From the NCBI GenBank assembly GCA_051294375.1, contig CM119266.1, positions 19,293,657 through 19,357,656 on the forward strand: a stretch of 64,000 nt of DNA, in the 5' to 3' direction. Position 1 is the first letter of the stretch, and each line of letters starts with the position of its first letter. The translations under genes and the position numbers were made by a program. This DNA is from Paraspadella gotoi. Lineage: Eukaryota; Animalia; Chaetognatha. Positions 35,901-49,790 of the stretch are shown one piece after another. The notes under the pieces are model-generated. The model did not search any database, was not told the DNA's origin, and saw nothing but the letters and a program-made list of their open reading frames with translations.

Positions 35901-38900
35901 ATTTGTAAAATAAATACCGTTTTAACTTACTGACTTTGGTCACTAATTAATTATTCATTAGTAGTTATGATTTTTTCTTTTTTTCTATATTCTTAATTTT
36001 TAATTCACTCTGGTTGCTTATAGAAATTTTGCTGGGGAAATTAAAATTAGCATAACACATCTAATTATGAAAGATTCTGATAAAAATCTACGTCCGTCGT
36101 TCTGTCCGTCTGTTTGATGCCCGTTACTTTTAAGTTTAACGCATTATTAGATTAATCGATTAATACATTAAGTTAAATGTATAAAAAAAAAAGGTGAACG
36201 AAATGGAAAGGAGTAGCTTGGTTATTGTCCGTGAAAAATAATCAAGTCATGACTACCAATCAGTTTATTAAGCAAAATAAATATATATATTTAAATTAGT
36301 TAAAGTTATCCATTGATGAAATAAGATCATAAAATTTATTATTTTTAGTTTTTATTAGTTAGCCGGCGCGATATTCTAATCTTAATGCTCAATCTTGATT
36401 ATATAACATTTGAAAGCTATAACGATAGTTGTCATTGGATCAATTTGAATTGGAAAATTTACTTATTTAGATTTAGAATAAAATGGGTATAGATGAAAAA
36501 TCCAACGATAGTTTTGTAGTCGGGCATTGCCTAGATTCACCCCGCCTATAAGCATGACACTTTCATGGTGGCTCATTGTGGCTCATTGAGTAAAGCCATC
36601 AGCTCATGACCACTAGGTACCGGGTTCAATTCAAACCCGGTACCTACGCTGCGGGAAGCGTGAGGACGGCCGTAAGCCGCCTTGGGGCCGTGGTTCCAAG
36701 CCTGGTTCCAAGCCCAGGACCCGTTCCATGGCTGCTAGAGGGGGTTATAGAAGTTACGGATAGTCATCTTCAGCCCACTGAGCGCCTTATCCACAGTTTT
36801 TTATTTACAATAATAATCATATATTCGAATAAACGATGAGGGCAAATGATTGCTTTTTAATTCTTCTTAATCTAATCAAAAATAATAATCTATATAAAAA
36901 TTGGGTTGATTTTACTTTCGCCGACCGGGGTTACGTCTTAAAGGTGGTTTAGGGTTATGGTAATTAGGTAATAATTTTTATTAATTGTTTTTAAAAAAAG
37001 TATTTTAAGTTGTTATTCAAAAAAAAAAAAAAAACCCGGGTCGGCGAAAGTAAAATTTTGCTTACAAATTTATTAAATATTTTAAAAAACTTACTTTGGC
37101 ATTCGTGGAGATCAATGACCTCTGGAAGACTATAGGAAAACGAAGAGCAAGGTTTTTTTTAAGAATTAACGGAAAAAAGAAGAACGAAATGGAACGGAAG
37201 AGGATAACATTTCAGGAAAAAAAATAAAGGAATTCAGATATCATAATTTTTCTTTTAATATTTTTTATTTCTGTTATATGAAATTGGTACAACCAATATA
37301 TATTTGGGTAAAAATTAAAGTTACAATAAATTATGGTTAAGAATAAATTAAGAATAAGTGTAAGTTAATTAGAAAAATAAGTTAGGGTTAGGGGTAAAGG
37401 TAAGTTAGGGGTAAATTAGAGTTAAATTTAAAATTAAGTTTTAGCTTAAACATACAATAATTTAATTTTTTTTTAAAAAAATATTTAAATATTAATAAAT
37501 TTATAAAAAAATATAATAATAATTTTTACAAAGAAACAGATTTTATTTATGATTACTATGATAATAATTCAGAAAGAGAGAGAGAGATATCAAGGTTAAA
37601 ATTGCCTCTCTCTCTATCTCTCAAAGTTAGTATCCAAATATTTATTAAAACTATTAATATGGCTGATGAAGGTTCAAAAAACAATAACCAAAACATATCC
37701 GAATTATTAAATGATTGTGGTTATCACAAATAAAAACTTATTTTGTAAATATCTATCAAAAGCAATGAAAAAAAAAATATTACAATTATTAATATTTAAA
37801 AAACATTTTTTAAAGAATTAAAAAGAAATCTTTAGCTCGTGAAGCTTAAAAACGTTTTTAATATCATTGTTGTTATGGTCTTAAATTTTCTTTTCTGTAA
37901 AGAAATAAATTTTATTTTTTCTTCTTTCTCTTCGTTTTCCCATAAGCCTCCAGAGCGTATTCAACTCCGGGATCGCCCATACTTTTCATAAACAATTTTT
38001 ACTAACAGCTCATCGATATTAATTTAAATGAGTATAAATTTACCTTTCATAATAAATTACCCTTAACCTTAATATTAATCATAAAATTATCCTTAATCAA
38101 ACATAAATCTTAATCATAAACATACCCTTCACTATAAACCTTTCCTTGACCCTTTGTTATTTTTAACCCTAATTTACTATTACTCCTAACTTACCCCTAA
38201 ATTACACTTAACCCTAATATACTCTTAACCTTAAATTACCTTTAAACTCAGCTTATCCCAAAGCTTAATTTCACAGTTTAGCCTAAACTAAATCATTAAA
38301 ATTTAATCATTCTCTTTCACAATTTATAATACTGTAAACATACCTCTTTATATTGAGTGCAATATGTTTCTGTTGCAGCTGTGTTATCCGATTCCGAAGC
38401 GGTTGAAAATGATATTACAGAACTATTCGTTGTTGACGCACTCGAACTTGGTAATCCACTTTGAGTCGGAGGAACTTTAGGATGAATTAAGGAGCATGAT
38501 CCGACCGTTGTTGTTTGTGGAAAAGATTTGACTACTGCAGTTGTCGTTGAAAAAACCACCTGTTAATAAATTAGTATTTATTAGTATTAGTATAAATAGT
38601 ATTTAATGTAGAAGACGAAAAATGGTCGCCATAGTAAGTTAAATTTTCAATTTGTTTTACCTATAATAGATATTTTATCTAATGTATATAAATACAAAAA
38701 AATACAACGAAATATTTAACAGTGTGACTGACCCCTGTTCCCGGTATCAATCCAGTCGCTGACGTGACTGTCATCGTTGTCCCCTCGCGATTTCCCGAGT
38801 TGATCGCATCCGACGCCGGTCTCTCTGTCGCCGCGGAGCCTCCAGCGCCAGACGTGCTTTTCGTGGCAACGTTATCTTCGTCTTTGAAGCGCACGGTAGG

Positions 38901-39152
38901 CGTGGCACCGGCGTCCGATCGGACCAAAGTCGGTCGACTCTTCGCGGATTTAAAAGTCGCAGGCGGGGAATCGGACGACGGCGACGCGGCGCTGGAGGCT
39001 TCAGGCGTCACATCGCTATCCGAGGCGGAAGATAAGTTGACGGCGTCCGTGGATGGCGTTTCCGTGCTCGTCTCTGCATTGTTCTCCACTTCCCCCCGGG
39101 AAATGGTTTTAGTTTTTTTAATGCCACTAACTTGGTTTGAAATTTTGCTCAT
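23935..39152 (-). CDS. RLF/ZNF292/ZNF654-family-like zinc-finger protein (helical N-terminal domain plus 8 C2H2 fingers), ~24 coding exons
   Basis: ATG at 39152 (accATG). Spliced N-terminal domain ETYCTQYKE|NLQDALES..RPTLLSS..AHEVL..RPWNERHPTLSAILSG..YIESESPSLL..ACLSHP..YYCCTKDLLWLWCELQ..SLQLCVQLATLGLRM..PWASLKTQCLALL resembles, from memory, the ZNF292/RLF N-terminus. Fingers at ~29.5k, 29.1-28.9k (two), 27.5-26.4k (two), 25.85k and 25.1-24.5k (two). The last acceptor is ambiguous (stop at 23935 or ~23979). Confidence 0.8.
31514..31860. repeat. Two direct copies of a ~50-bp unit, ~280 bp apart
   Basis: TCTGCAC(A/C)CACTAGATCTTCACTTGCA..GCTTT..ACAAAATAGCA at ~31529 and ~31811. Confidence 0.6.
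36515..36795 (+). mobile_element. Probable solo LTR of a tRNA-containing TRIM (Helenus-like), or a composite SINE
   Basis: Termini TGTAG...CCACA with GTTT on both flanks (36511-36514, 36796-36799). Internal A-box-like TGGCTCATTGAG and B-box-like GGTTCAATTC. Partial copies at 48862-49000 (-) and ~5860-6062 (+). Confidence 0.65.
36909..37056. mobile_element. 148-bp MITE with ~21-bp TIR
   Basis: ATTTTACTTTCGCCGACCGGGG ... CCCGGGTCGGCGAAAGTAAAAT. Confidence 0.75.
37120..37955. mobile_element. ~835-bp non-autonomous TIR element
   Basis: CTCTGGAAGACTATAGGAAAACGAAGAG versus CTCTTCGTTTTCCCATAAGCCTCCAGAG (inverted). AT-rich interior containing a GTTAGG-like tract. Confidence 0.65.
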
Positions 39153-39334
39153 GGTAATCCGAATAGATGTATTGGGATCGTCGTAACGTAGCGGAAAGAT
39201 GGCACACGGAGATTGGACATTCTGTGACGTCAACGCCCTTCCACATTGTAAACAAGTAGAGGAGACGGCATACGTACTAGGCGAACAATCTCTCCGTCCG
39301 GTTCATACTCCGTTTATGGGTGAGAGCCCTTACC

Positions 39335-39606
39335 AATTCTCCTTTTTCGTTCTCCGTCGAGAATCATCTTTTATTTTCCAACTCCTTCACATATTTATCG
39401 CATGAAATTAAAGTATACAGATCGACGGCATAATTGTAGACGAACGCAAACTTGGAAAAAACAGTTGGCAACAACTCGGTCGTCGTTGTTGTTATTGTCT
39501 TCACTGATGCGCATTCAGCTCTGCAAGAAAACGGCAAGGTTGAGAGGGAACAAGACTTCGTCACCGTAAAAGACGATGTCCTGCCAGCAGAGTTGCAACG
39601 ACGTAA

Positions 39607-39643
<37 letters not shown>

Positions 39644-40360
39644 AAGAGGGAGAGATAGAGACAGAGCAAGAGAGAGAGGGAGAGACAGAGAGAGAGAGAG
39701 ATGCAGCAAGATTTTTCGCTTTTTTAACATTGATTCGTTGAAACGTTTGGGGCTGCACAGAGGATTTCCTCAATGGAGCTGCTGCAATCTAAGCCGCAGC
39801 CTTCGCCCGCTGACTGTACCTGACGTCACTGTGTCGCTGCGTCTGCTGCGGCTGCTTCGTCTCTTTCTTTATTTCTTCTCGTTTCTTCGATCCTTGTGGG
39901 ACTGCCGCTCTGCAGCGTCGATACGGCGCTGACTCCTCGATTGGTTGTAGGCGATGCTGGAAGTTGTAGTTGTTGTTGTCGTTGTAGTAGACGTCGTTGG
40001 AAAAGATCGGGAAGAGCGCGCCGTAGTCGTCGTCGTCGTCGTTTTCTTCGTCGTCCTTCGTCATCGGTCGGCGCGGGGTCGACATTCTCTCTCTCTCTGC
40101 TCGCTCTCTCGCTCTCTCGCTCTCTCGCTCTCGCTCTCTCTCTCTCTCTCTCGGTTAAGAAGACGACGATGAGGACGACGATTGAAGAAGAGAAAATAAG
40201 GGGAGGGAGAAAAGGAAAGAGGAGTAAAGGCAAGCTTCGGATAGATGTCCGTCAGACTCGGAGCAACGGCCACCGGGACACTGCCCAAAACTGCGAATAA
40301 GACTGAGAGTAAGACAAGATACTAAGTCCACCGTCATTTCCAAAACTACCGTTTCAAATG
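39335..40360. promoter_or_regulatory. Probable bidirectional promoter/5' UTR region (ZNF292-like / EVI5), CpG- and GAGA-rich
   Basis: GC-rich non-coding island between divergent genes, with outward-facing donors (GTAAGG on - at ~39333; GTAAGA on + at ~40309) and (GA)n/(CT)n tracts. Confidence 0.5.
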
Positions 40361-41257
40361 CCGCTTTTATAAATCCAATTCACTTTAAACTGTGTTATTG
40401 TAGTTTTTTATGTTTAAAAAACAAAAATGCAGTTTTTAATCGGGTGACATCATGGAAAGATAAAAATTATTACTAATTGAATTGTCCACCCTTTTATTTT
40501 ACCATATAGCTTTTAAAAATAGTTTTATTTATCTAACCGAGGAGTTTATTTTGTTTGTTTATTTTGTAAAATTCCAACTCATCATTCCGTATTAATTATT
40601 GATATGTTATCAATATTGATAATATTATAATTACTAGTAACTATATTTGTTTACATAAAGTAGTGGCCAGAATTTTAATTAATTCCGTAGTTATCGTGAA
40701 AGATATTTGAAGCTCCCAGGAGGTTGTCGCTATTTTTAATGACATCTTTATCCTAACTTTAGGAAGGGGAGTCGTGAGCCCAACTTAATCAACAATGAAG
40801 TAAGTAATGAAATTTGAAGGATTAATTTAAAAATTATCCAGTCATCCCTTCTAACTTTGGACAAGTTTCGTCCTCCGTCCCTCTTTAAAGATAATAAAAA
40901 AGATATAGTCCCAAGTAAGAGATAGCATACATAAACTGTATTTTTCGAATGAATTGGATAATTTTTAGACTGGTTGTTCCAATTTCATTGCAAAACCCGA
41001 TAAGCTTTCAATCAAGAATTATCGTCGTGGGCAAACGGCCGATTCATCTCCTGGCCTAGTAGGCTTAGGAAGGAGTCTATGCGTTCTTATCAAACATCGG
41101 TCAAGTAAAGATCTCTGAAGTGCGTTTTAGTCAATAAATCTGTGATACGTCGGAAATTTTTAAATACGCATCTAACAACCACGTGCAATAATCGCGACAA
41201 AAGGAATGAAGCAAACGTCATTGGATTTGTGATATATTCAATGCAATAAACTTATTT

Positions 41258-44200
41258 ATGAACATGATAGAACCAGAAGTAACCTCGAAAAATTCCATAA
41301 ATAATGGCCTTGCTGCGAAGCCTTTACAAAAACAAGTCACTCAAAAAGAAAATCTTCTGCGGTTGAAAAAACTAACGTCGTCCCTAAAGGTGGATATAAT
41401 GGATATAGTGCGCCTCGAAGTAGCTGAATTTTTCAATTAGTCTGGTGCTAAATGTATTTTCAGCGGGAACCCACGCCTGGATTGGATACGGAGTCTTCCG
41501 CGCCATCCACAAAAAACAACGAAGACGGCGACGATGAAAATTTGCAAACAGACTCGAGCGCTGCGACCCTAACACCGGAAGAAGAAGACATTTTAGCGAA
41601 AATCCAATCGGCCAACCAAAAAATCGAAGAAGATTCCAAATCAATCACGGGGCACTCCATCGGGTCTAGGCGTGGATCCTCGCACTCCCTTTTATCTGAA
41701 GTATCCGTCAACTCAATTTCTAGGTAATGGAAATGGAATGGAAAAGGTATTATTATTAAAATGTTATGGGTGGTTACTGGTTTGGTAAGGTGTACAAAGA
41801 TGTATAGCCAACATATTACGTGTTAGATTGTTTTTATTTTTTTTTTAAGTCACACCGTAGAAGGGGAGGCAAACGCAGATTCGGCTCTTCCCCCTGAAGA
41901 GTCCTGGGTCACTTGGGGTCAACTCGTCAATGATTGGGACACATGTAACCATAAAAAGTCCCCAATAGTCAGAGAACTCGTCAAAAAAGGTTTGTGAAAC
42001 TTTGACCGGAGTTCGTGTTAATTATATATATAATAACTGTGACCCTATTTTGTCACCAGGCGTCCCCCAGCCTTTCAGAGGCCTGGTATGGCAACTGCTA
42101 TGCGGTGCCCACGAAAACGGAGTCAAAGACCTTTATTCGGACTACATGAAGCAGTCATCACCCTGCGAAAAGCTCATCCGGCGGGACATCGCTAGGACTT
42201 ACCCAGAGCACGAGTTCTTCAGGGAGAAGGACGGCCCCGGCCAAGAAAGCCTTTTCAACGTCATGAAAGCCTATTCTTTGCACGACAAGGAAGTCGGCTA
42301 CTGTCAAGGAAGTGCCTTTATCGTCGGGATGCTGCTAATGCAAGTCAGTGTCTCGTCACGTTATACGAATCGAGGAAATATGAAAACTGTAAAGTTTGAC
42401 TCGATTTTTCAATTTTGAAAATTTATATTTTTGTTTAGATGCCAGAAGAGGATGCGTTTGCCGTTCTCGTGGAAATTATGCAGTCTTACCGACTCCGAGA
42501 AATTTTTAAGCCTTCCATGCAGGATCTTGGACTCTGCATGTATCAGTTAGAAAATTTGGTCCAGGAATTGCTTCCAGATCTCTTCATACATTTCACGGCT
42601 CAGTCTCTCCATACATCCATGTGAAGATACCTTGCCATTTCTGGTCTAAAAATAAAGCTGCGTCGAAAAAAACATGAATTTATGTTTATCGCTTTAGGTA
42701 TGCTTCATCTTGGTTCCTAACGTTGTTTGCGACTTCTTTGCCTTTAAAGGTCGCTTTTCGGATTATGGATGCCATTCTTCTTGAAGGGTGAGGACAAGGC
42801 AATTGCAAGTCGCCTCAATGCAAAGAATAAATCTGATTAAAATTGTTTCAGGTCCACCTTCGTCTTCCAAATGTCGTTGGCTATTCTGCAGTGCGCAGCT
42901 CATAAGTTGACTTCAAGAGACATGGAAGGAATGATGAATTTTTTTCATAAAGAACTTATGACAATTGTCGATGAGGTTATTAATTTTAGCTGAGCTGGGA
43001 AATCAAAATCAAAATAATATTTTGCTTTTTTGCATTTCAGGAAGCAGAATGCTACATTGCCGTGGCTTTCGGCATTAAAATTTCAACGAAAAAGATGAAA
43101 AAATTGGAAAAAGATTACATGCAGCTGCAGACGAAAGGACAAGAAGACCAAGTGGAGCTTCGACGACTCAGGACTGAAAACAAACTGTTGCGTCAAAGAA
43201 TCGGTGAATCAACTTCGTACTTAGTATTTTGATAATTTAAAGTAATCTTTCAGTAGGACTCCGTCAGCCATGAAATAGGGTTAAAAAAAAATCAAGATAT
43301 TTTGTTTGCAATTTCAATTTCAAGCTCATCTCTTTGTGTTTGTGTTCACTTGTACAGAGCATTTGGAGAAGGAGAGCGCGGCTTTGGCGGACAGGTTAAT
43401 ACAAGGTCAAGTCACGCGTGCCAAGGAGCAAGAGGAGATGTTCGTCATAAAGAGGGAGTTGAGTGCCTTGAAGCAGCATGACTGCGAGACAGTCGAGGCG
43501 CTCGCCAACGCGAAGCGGGAGATTAACGTTATCGCTGAAACCAAAGCCAATGGAAACAAACTCGCTACGGAGACTCAAGACATGCTCAAAACCTTGCAGG
43601 TAGAAATGTTAATGACGAGTACTCATAAATTATACTGCTAATTATTATTTTGTAAGTGTTACATTTTGTTGTTGTTGCATTTACTTTCCCAATCCCTCGT
43701 TATTAACGAGTCGTTAACTGTTTAATTTTTCATGGCATAATTTTTTAATTAGCACGGTGCAGCTATTAAAAAAAGTTTCAATAATATTTATATTTTTTAC
43801 GGTTTTTAAAAAAAAAATTTATCCATCTAGATCGAGTTAATGGGGGTGCGATTAAAAGAGGCCGAGATGGAGCATACATTGAAGGAGATGCAGTGCAAAA
43901 TAGAAGAGAAAGACGAACTGAACCGACTCCTGGAAGAAGGGCCACACAATTCCATCGCTTCGTTGCAGGTTTCCATTTGAATATGCTTGTGGTTCTTACT
44001 TATGAAATTTGTGCAACCAATCTAAAAATTATCCATTCATTTAATTATTAAGCTATCTTTCCCCTGACTTTGGATAGGCTTACAAAAAAATGACATAGCA
44101 TGACTTGAAATTCTCACTGAATCGTTGACCCTTCCCGATCACCCCTTTTTCAGGACGAGTTAATCACCGTGAAGCTGCGAGAGGCCGAAGCCAACCTAAG

Positions 44201-46297
44201 CCTCAAAGAAATGAAAGCTCGTGTCAGTGAACTGGAGACAACTTGGGAGCGTCATCAGGAAAAGCAGAGAGAGTGGGAAACCAATGGAAAGGTTAGAAGT
44301 CTATATCTCGCTCTAAAAAACCTGGTACTTTCTTAAATAACGACTTCCGTTAAAATCCAACTAATGGCGAAATTATCGCGCCGATTCCGGTAGAAAGTCC
44401 ATCTAAAATAATCGATTCTGTTAGCGTGGTGATTAAGGATATCCAATTATCCATGATGGTTTTGATAGTAAACAAGTCAGGAAATATGAACTACTGTGGC
44501 GGTGAGATGCCCCACCAAGGAGGGCATCACAGGCAACTCGGCTGTTACTTTACTTTTTTCGGAAAAGTTTGAATTGTTTTTTTTGTTTCTATAAAAAATA
44601 TTTTTTAATAAATAAGCTATCTTGCCCCTGACTTTGGACATCACTCTTACAAGATAATGACATAGCAGGTCCCTGCAAGCTTTCAATCAAGACTCTCTCA
44701 GTCACATTTATTCACTCCCAGAACACCAAGCTAATAATAATATAATATAATAATAATAATAATATTTCAAAGGATATTTATTTCAATTGTATGAAAAGAC
44801 CACTCCCTATAGTTTACTTTAAAAATTCTCTTTGGCTAACATTCAAGGGAGAATTTAGGGATCTCGCGGATAATTTTAGAAAATTACCAGATTTGGACTA
44901 AACCTGATGGGAATTGAACTTTTCGCTTTCAAAATTTGTGTAAATTTTAGATTCGGCATTCGAAGGGAGAAGCCATGAAATTACAGGAAGACCTCATGGC
45001 AGCAAAAATTCGCGAGAATGACGCTGTGGCAACAACAAAGGAGTTAAGACAAAGGCTGATGGAAATGGAGACTCAGAACCAAGTACTTTTATGTCTTTAT
45101 GCCATTTTGTCATAATTAAATCCTAAAATCAGTAAATGAATTTAAAAACGTTTAGCAACCCGCAGTCCAATGCAAACTGCTTTGTACAGATAAACATAAA
45201 TTATAAAAAAATACTTATTTAAATATAAAAAAGGTTTTAACGAATCAATTGAGTCGCGTGGATGCCGAATCGCAAAAGCTCAAGGACGAATTAGCATCCA
45301 AGAAAACGACAGAGAGAATTGTACGACAAAATGTTTTGGACTTGAAACATCAGATCTCCAATTTGGAATCGCGACTTCGTGAGGTTTGTCTCACGCCTTA
45401 AGTTTGACTGATGATATAAAAAATAACATGATCGGATCTAAAAAGTCGAGATAAAAAGTATTCTATATTAAAATTTAAGAAAACATTAAATCATAATTCA
45501 AATGGTGAAATTAGAAAACGTTGAATCTCGGACCTATGATTATGTTTGTATCAAAAAAAAATATTTTTTCTTTTTCAATTTCAGTAAGAAAAAAATATTA
45601 ATACAATTGTATTTCATTGTCATAGGAGAACATGATGGCAAGGATCGGGGAAGCGGAGAATTCTCAGCGCATCGCCGAATTGAGACAGCAAGTGGCAAGT
45701 CTAGAAACGCAGCATCAAGAATTTGTCACTGCTGGTCAACTCGGAATCGCTAGGGACGGGAAGACGGTCAAGGGTCCCAGGCACGCAAACCTGGAGGTCA
45801 GGAGTCTCGTCCAACAAATCAGCTTTAAATCAAATTCGATAAATTTGATAATAAATGCTAAAATGCTTTAATGCTACAGGAGGAGGTGGAACAGCTTCGC
45901 GTCAATCAGAAAGTGGAGGCGATGCACATGAATCGAAAATATCTCGACGCCAGATTCGCATCCAAGCAGGCCGCGTCAGAAGGGTCCTCTGCCGGCGAGG
46001 ATCCCAAAAATCCTTTCGAAGCCATGAGTGTCTCCTCCATGATGACTGCGTCCTCCCTCGGTATTTTCGAGGTTTGTGGAAAAGTTGGAGTTGACAATTG
46101 CTGGCCCGCCCCGTGATAGCCGCAATTCATAAATAACGATTTCTTTGTGATTTCTTCAGGATGACGACGAAGTGGTTGATTTTCCGACAGCACCTCCACG
46201 TACCAAGGAGGAGGATGCGGAAGTGACGCAGCTCAGCGAAGAGTTGAATCTCGCCCGTGCCGAACTCGCTTCTCTGCTAACTAACGCTGAAACTTGA
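41258..46297 (+). CDS. EVI5: EVI5-like TBC-domain Rab GTPase-activating protein with coiled-coil C-terminus
   Basis: LTPEEEDILAKI..IEEDSKS; GVPQPFRGLVWQLLC; IRRDIARTYPEHEFF (IxxDxxR arginine finger); VGYCQG (YxQ glutamine finger); MYASSWFLTLF; LEKESAALADRLIQGQVTRA; repeated QxELxxVKLREAE coiled-coil units. The start codon and upstream 5' exons (~40.2-40.8 kb) are uncertain. Confidence 0.92.
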
Positions 46298-47765
46298 TGA
46301 CCGCCACGGTCCACATTCCACGCCAACAACCTGACCACAAGATGCGCTTACTTTAAGACAGAGGAACTCTGCAGGAATGGAAGGCTGCTTTATAACTTAA
46401 CACGTTGACGTTTCTTTTTAAAAAATGTGCTTTATTAATTATTTGGGTCTCTTCCTGGTTTTCTTGTGAAACCATAGTGACGATTCTGAAACCAATAATT
46501 TAACTTTTTTTTTTTGCTTTTATAACCGATCGGACGAAACCAAAGAACACTTCGGTTGCACCAATACTATTTCTTAAAATTGATAGCATTTTTTGTGACG
46601 AATTACAAAATGTTTCTCACTCGTTTTTTTAAATGCATTACGCTTATCTTTATAAAACGCAAAACGCAGACTAGTTTTAGAAAGGCTGAAGATAAGTTCA
46701 TTCTGTTGACAAGCCTTAATCGTTTTTTCTAAGGTTTTAGAAATTAAATACAATCAAATACAAGACTATTGACCAATCCCAAGTGATGACTGAATGACCA
46801 AAGCAACAAAATTTAAACAAAAGATCCGTTAAAGTGCGAGAATTATTATACCGTTAAATTAAGTCAATTATTTTAAATTTTTTCGGTAGAAAGTAGAGCT
46901 GGAAGAGAATGCGATTACGTGATATCCGGTGGGGTGGTGAAATTAGAGCCAGAGGAGAAAGTTCGTGTTAATCGAGATATTGTGTGATATGCTGGATATA
47001 AAGCTACGATTGAATCGTGCGTTTGGAAATGAGTTGAAATGGGGGGGGGGAAATATTTTTTTAATTCTTTTTTTCTCTCTCTCTCTCAACACTGCCAGAT
47101 CTGCCCACGACAATTTAGCGATAATAAAATGATTGTCTGATTGATCAGTTGATTAAATGATTGGTTGATATTCTTTAGATTTATTGAAAAATCTGTTAAT
47201 ATGGAGTTTTAAAAAACTTAAACCAGTAAATCATTTATTGCTGTATGATTGACTGATTGATAAATTAATCGATGGATTTTTTTATTTGATAAAAAATTAT
47301 AATTTTTATGATATGATTTGCTATGTGTTTCTCTCTCAACATTGTCAGGTCTGCGTTAATTGATTGATTGATTGATTGATAAGTTTAATGAATGATTAAT
47401 AGATTCTTTTATTAAGAAATATGCTTTGATTAGCATAAGCATATTTTTTTGTATTTCCTACATGAGAAATTGCATACGACGCTTAACCAAAACCAGTGTA
47501 ATCAACTAAAATTTAGTTGTAAGGAATTTATTTGCAATATATAGTCAAATTCAGTTGACTGGCTTTGGTCAGAACCGATTCTAGGTGCGAATTATCGGGA
47601 GCGGGATTTTACCTTAAAGTTCAACTTAAAACCTTCTGCATTGAAATTGATTTTAGAGAATAGCTTTAAATGGCACTGAATCCATGGGAATTTACAAAAC
47701 ATTAATTTTTGGTTGTGGCTTTATTATACAAACAAACATACAAAATAAGTCATATCAACTAAAAT

Positions 47766-47902
47766 AGGACTCATTTTCCCAAAACGCCCCATTTAATCTT
47801 ATATTCGGAATTTAATTTTAAAGTTTTAATTATATATTTGGTAACATATTAAAATTATGAGTAAAGAAACAGAAATGGGGTGTTTTTGTAAAAGAGAGCC
47901 AA
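47766..47902. mobile_element. MITE family A copy (short)
   Basis: GGACTCATTTTCCCAAAACGCCCCATTT ... AAATGGGGTGTTTTTGTAAAAGAGAGCC inverted ends. Confidence 0.65.
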
Positions 47903-48204
47903 TAGTTTATTTCATTAATGCGTAAATACGAGCTGGCCTACCAACTAGGTTCATACGGATTGATTTGACTAAAACTGAAGAATTACGTTGGCATGCCTTA
48001 TGAAACGGTAATAATAACATTATAATTTTGAACGAAAATTAAGCAATTAAAAATGAAAATATAAAACGATAAGATTGTATATCTAACAATGGAGGAAATA
48101 AAGGAGGGTACTGTGGCATGACAGGCTTTCCCACTGCATTGCCATGGGGTTAATAAAAAAGACTGGATGATGGAAGTAGTTTGTAACGACAGTGGAATTA
48201 TGGA

Positions 48205-49790
<1,586 letters not shown>

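Noticed and set aside
36565-36650. tRNA gene
   Set aside because: A/B-box-like motifs are present, but I cannot fold a cloverleaf or find a T-run terminator, and it is embedded in a dispersed repeat.
39364-40343. Cluster of overlapping ORFs rich in RE/SL repeats (also at 49159, 52559, 59858, 63572)
   Set aside because: Translations of (GA)n, (CT)n and (TTTC)n microsatellites in promoter or intron DNA.
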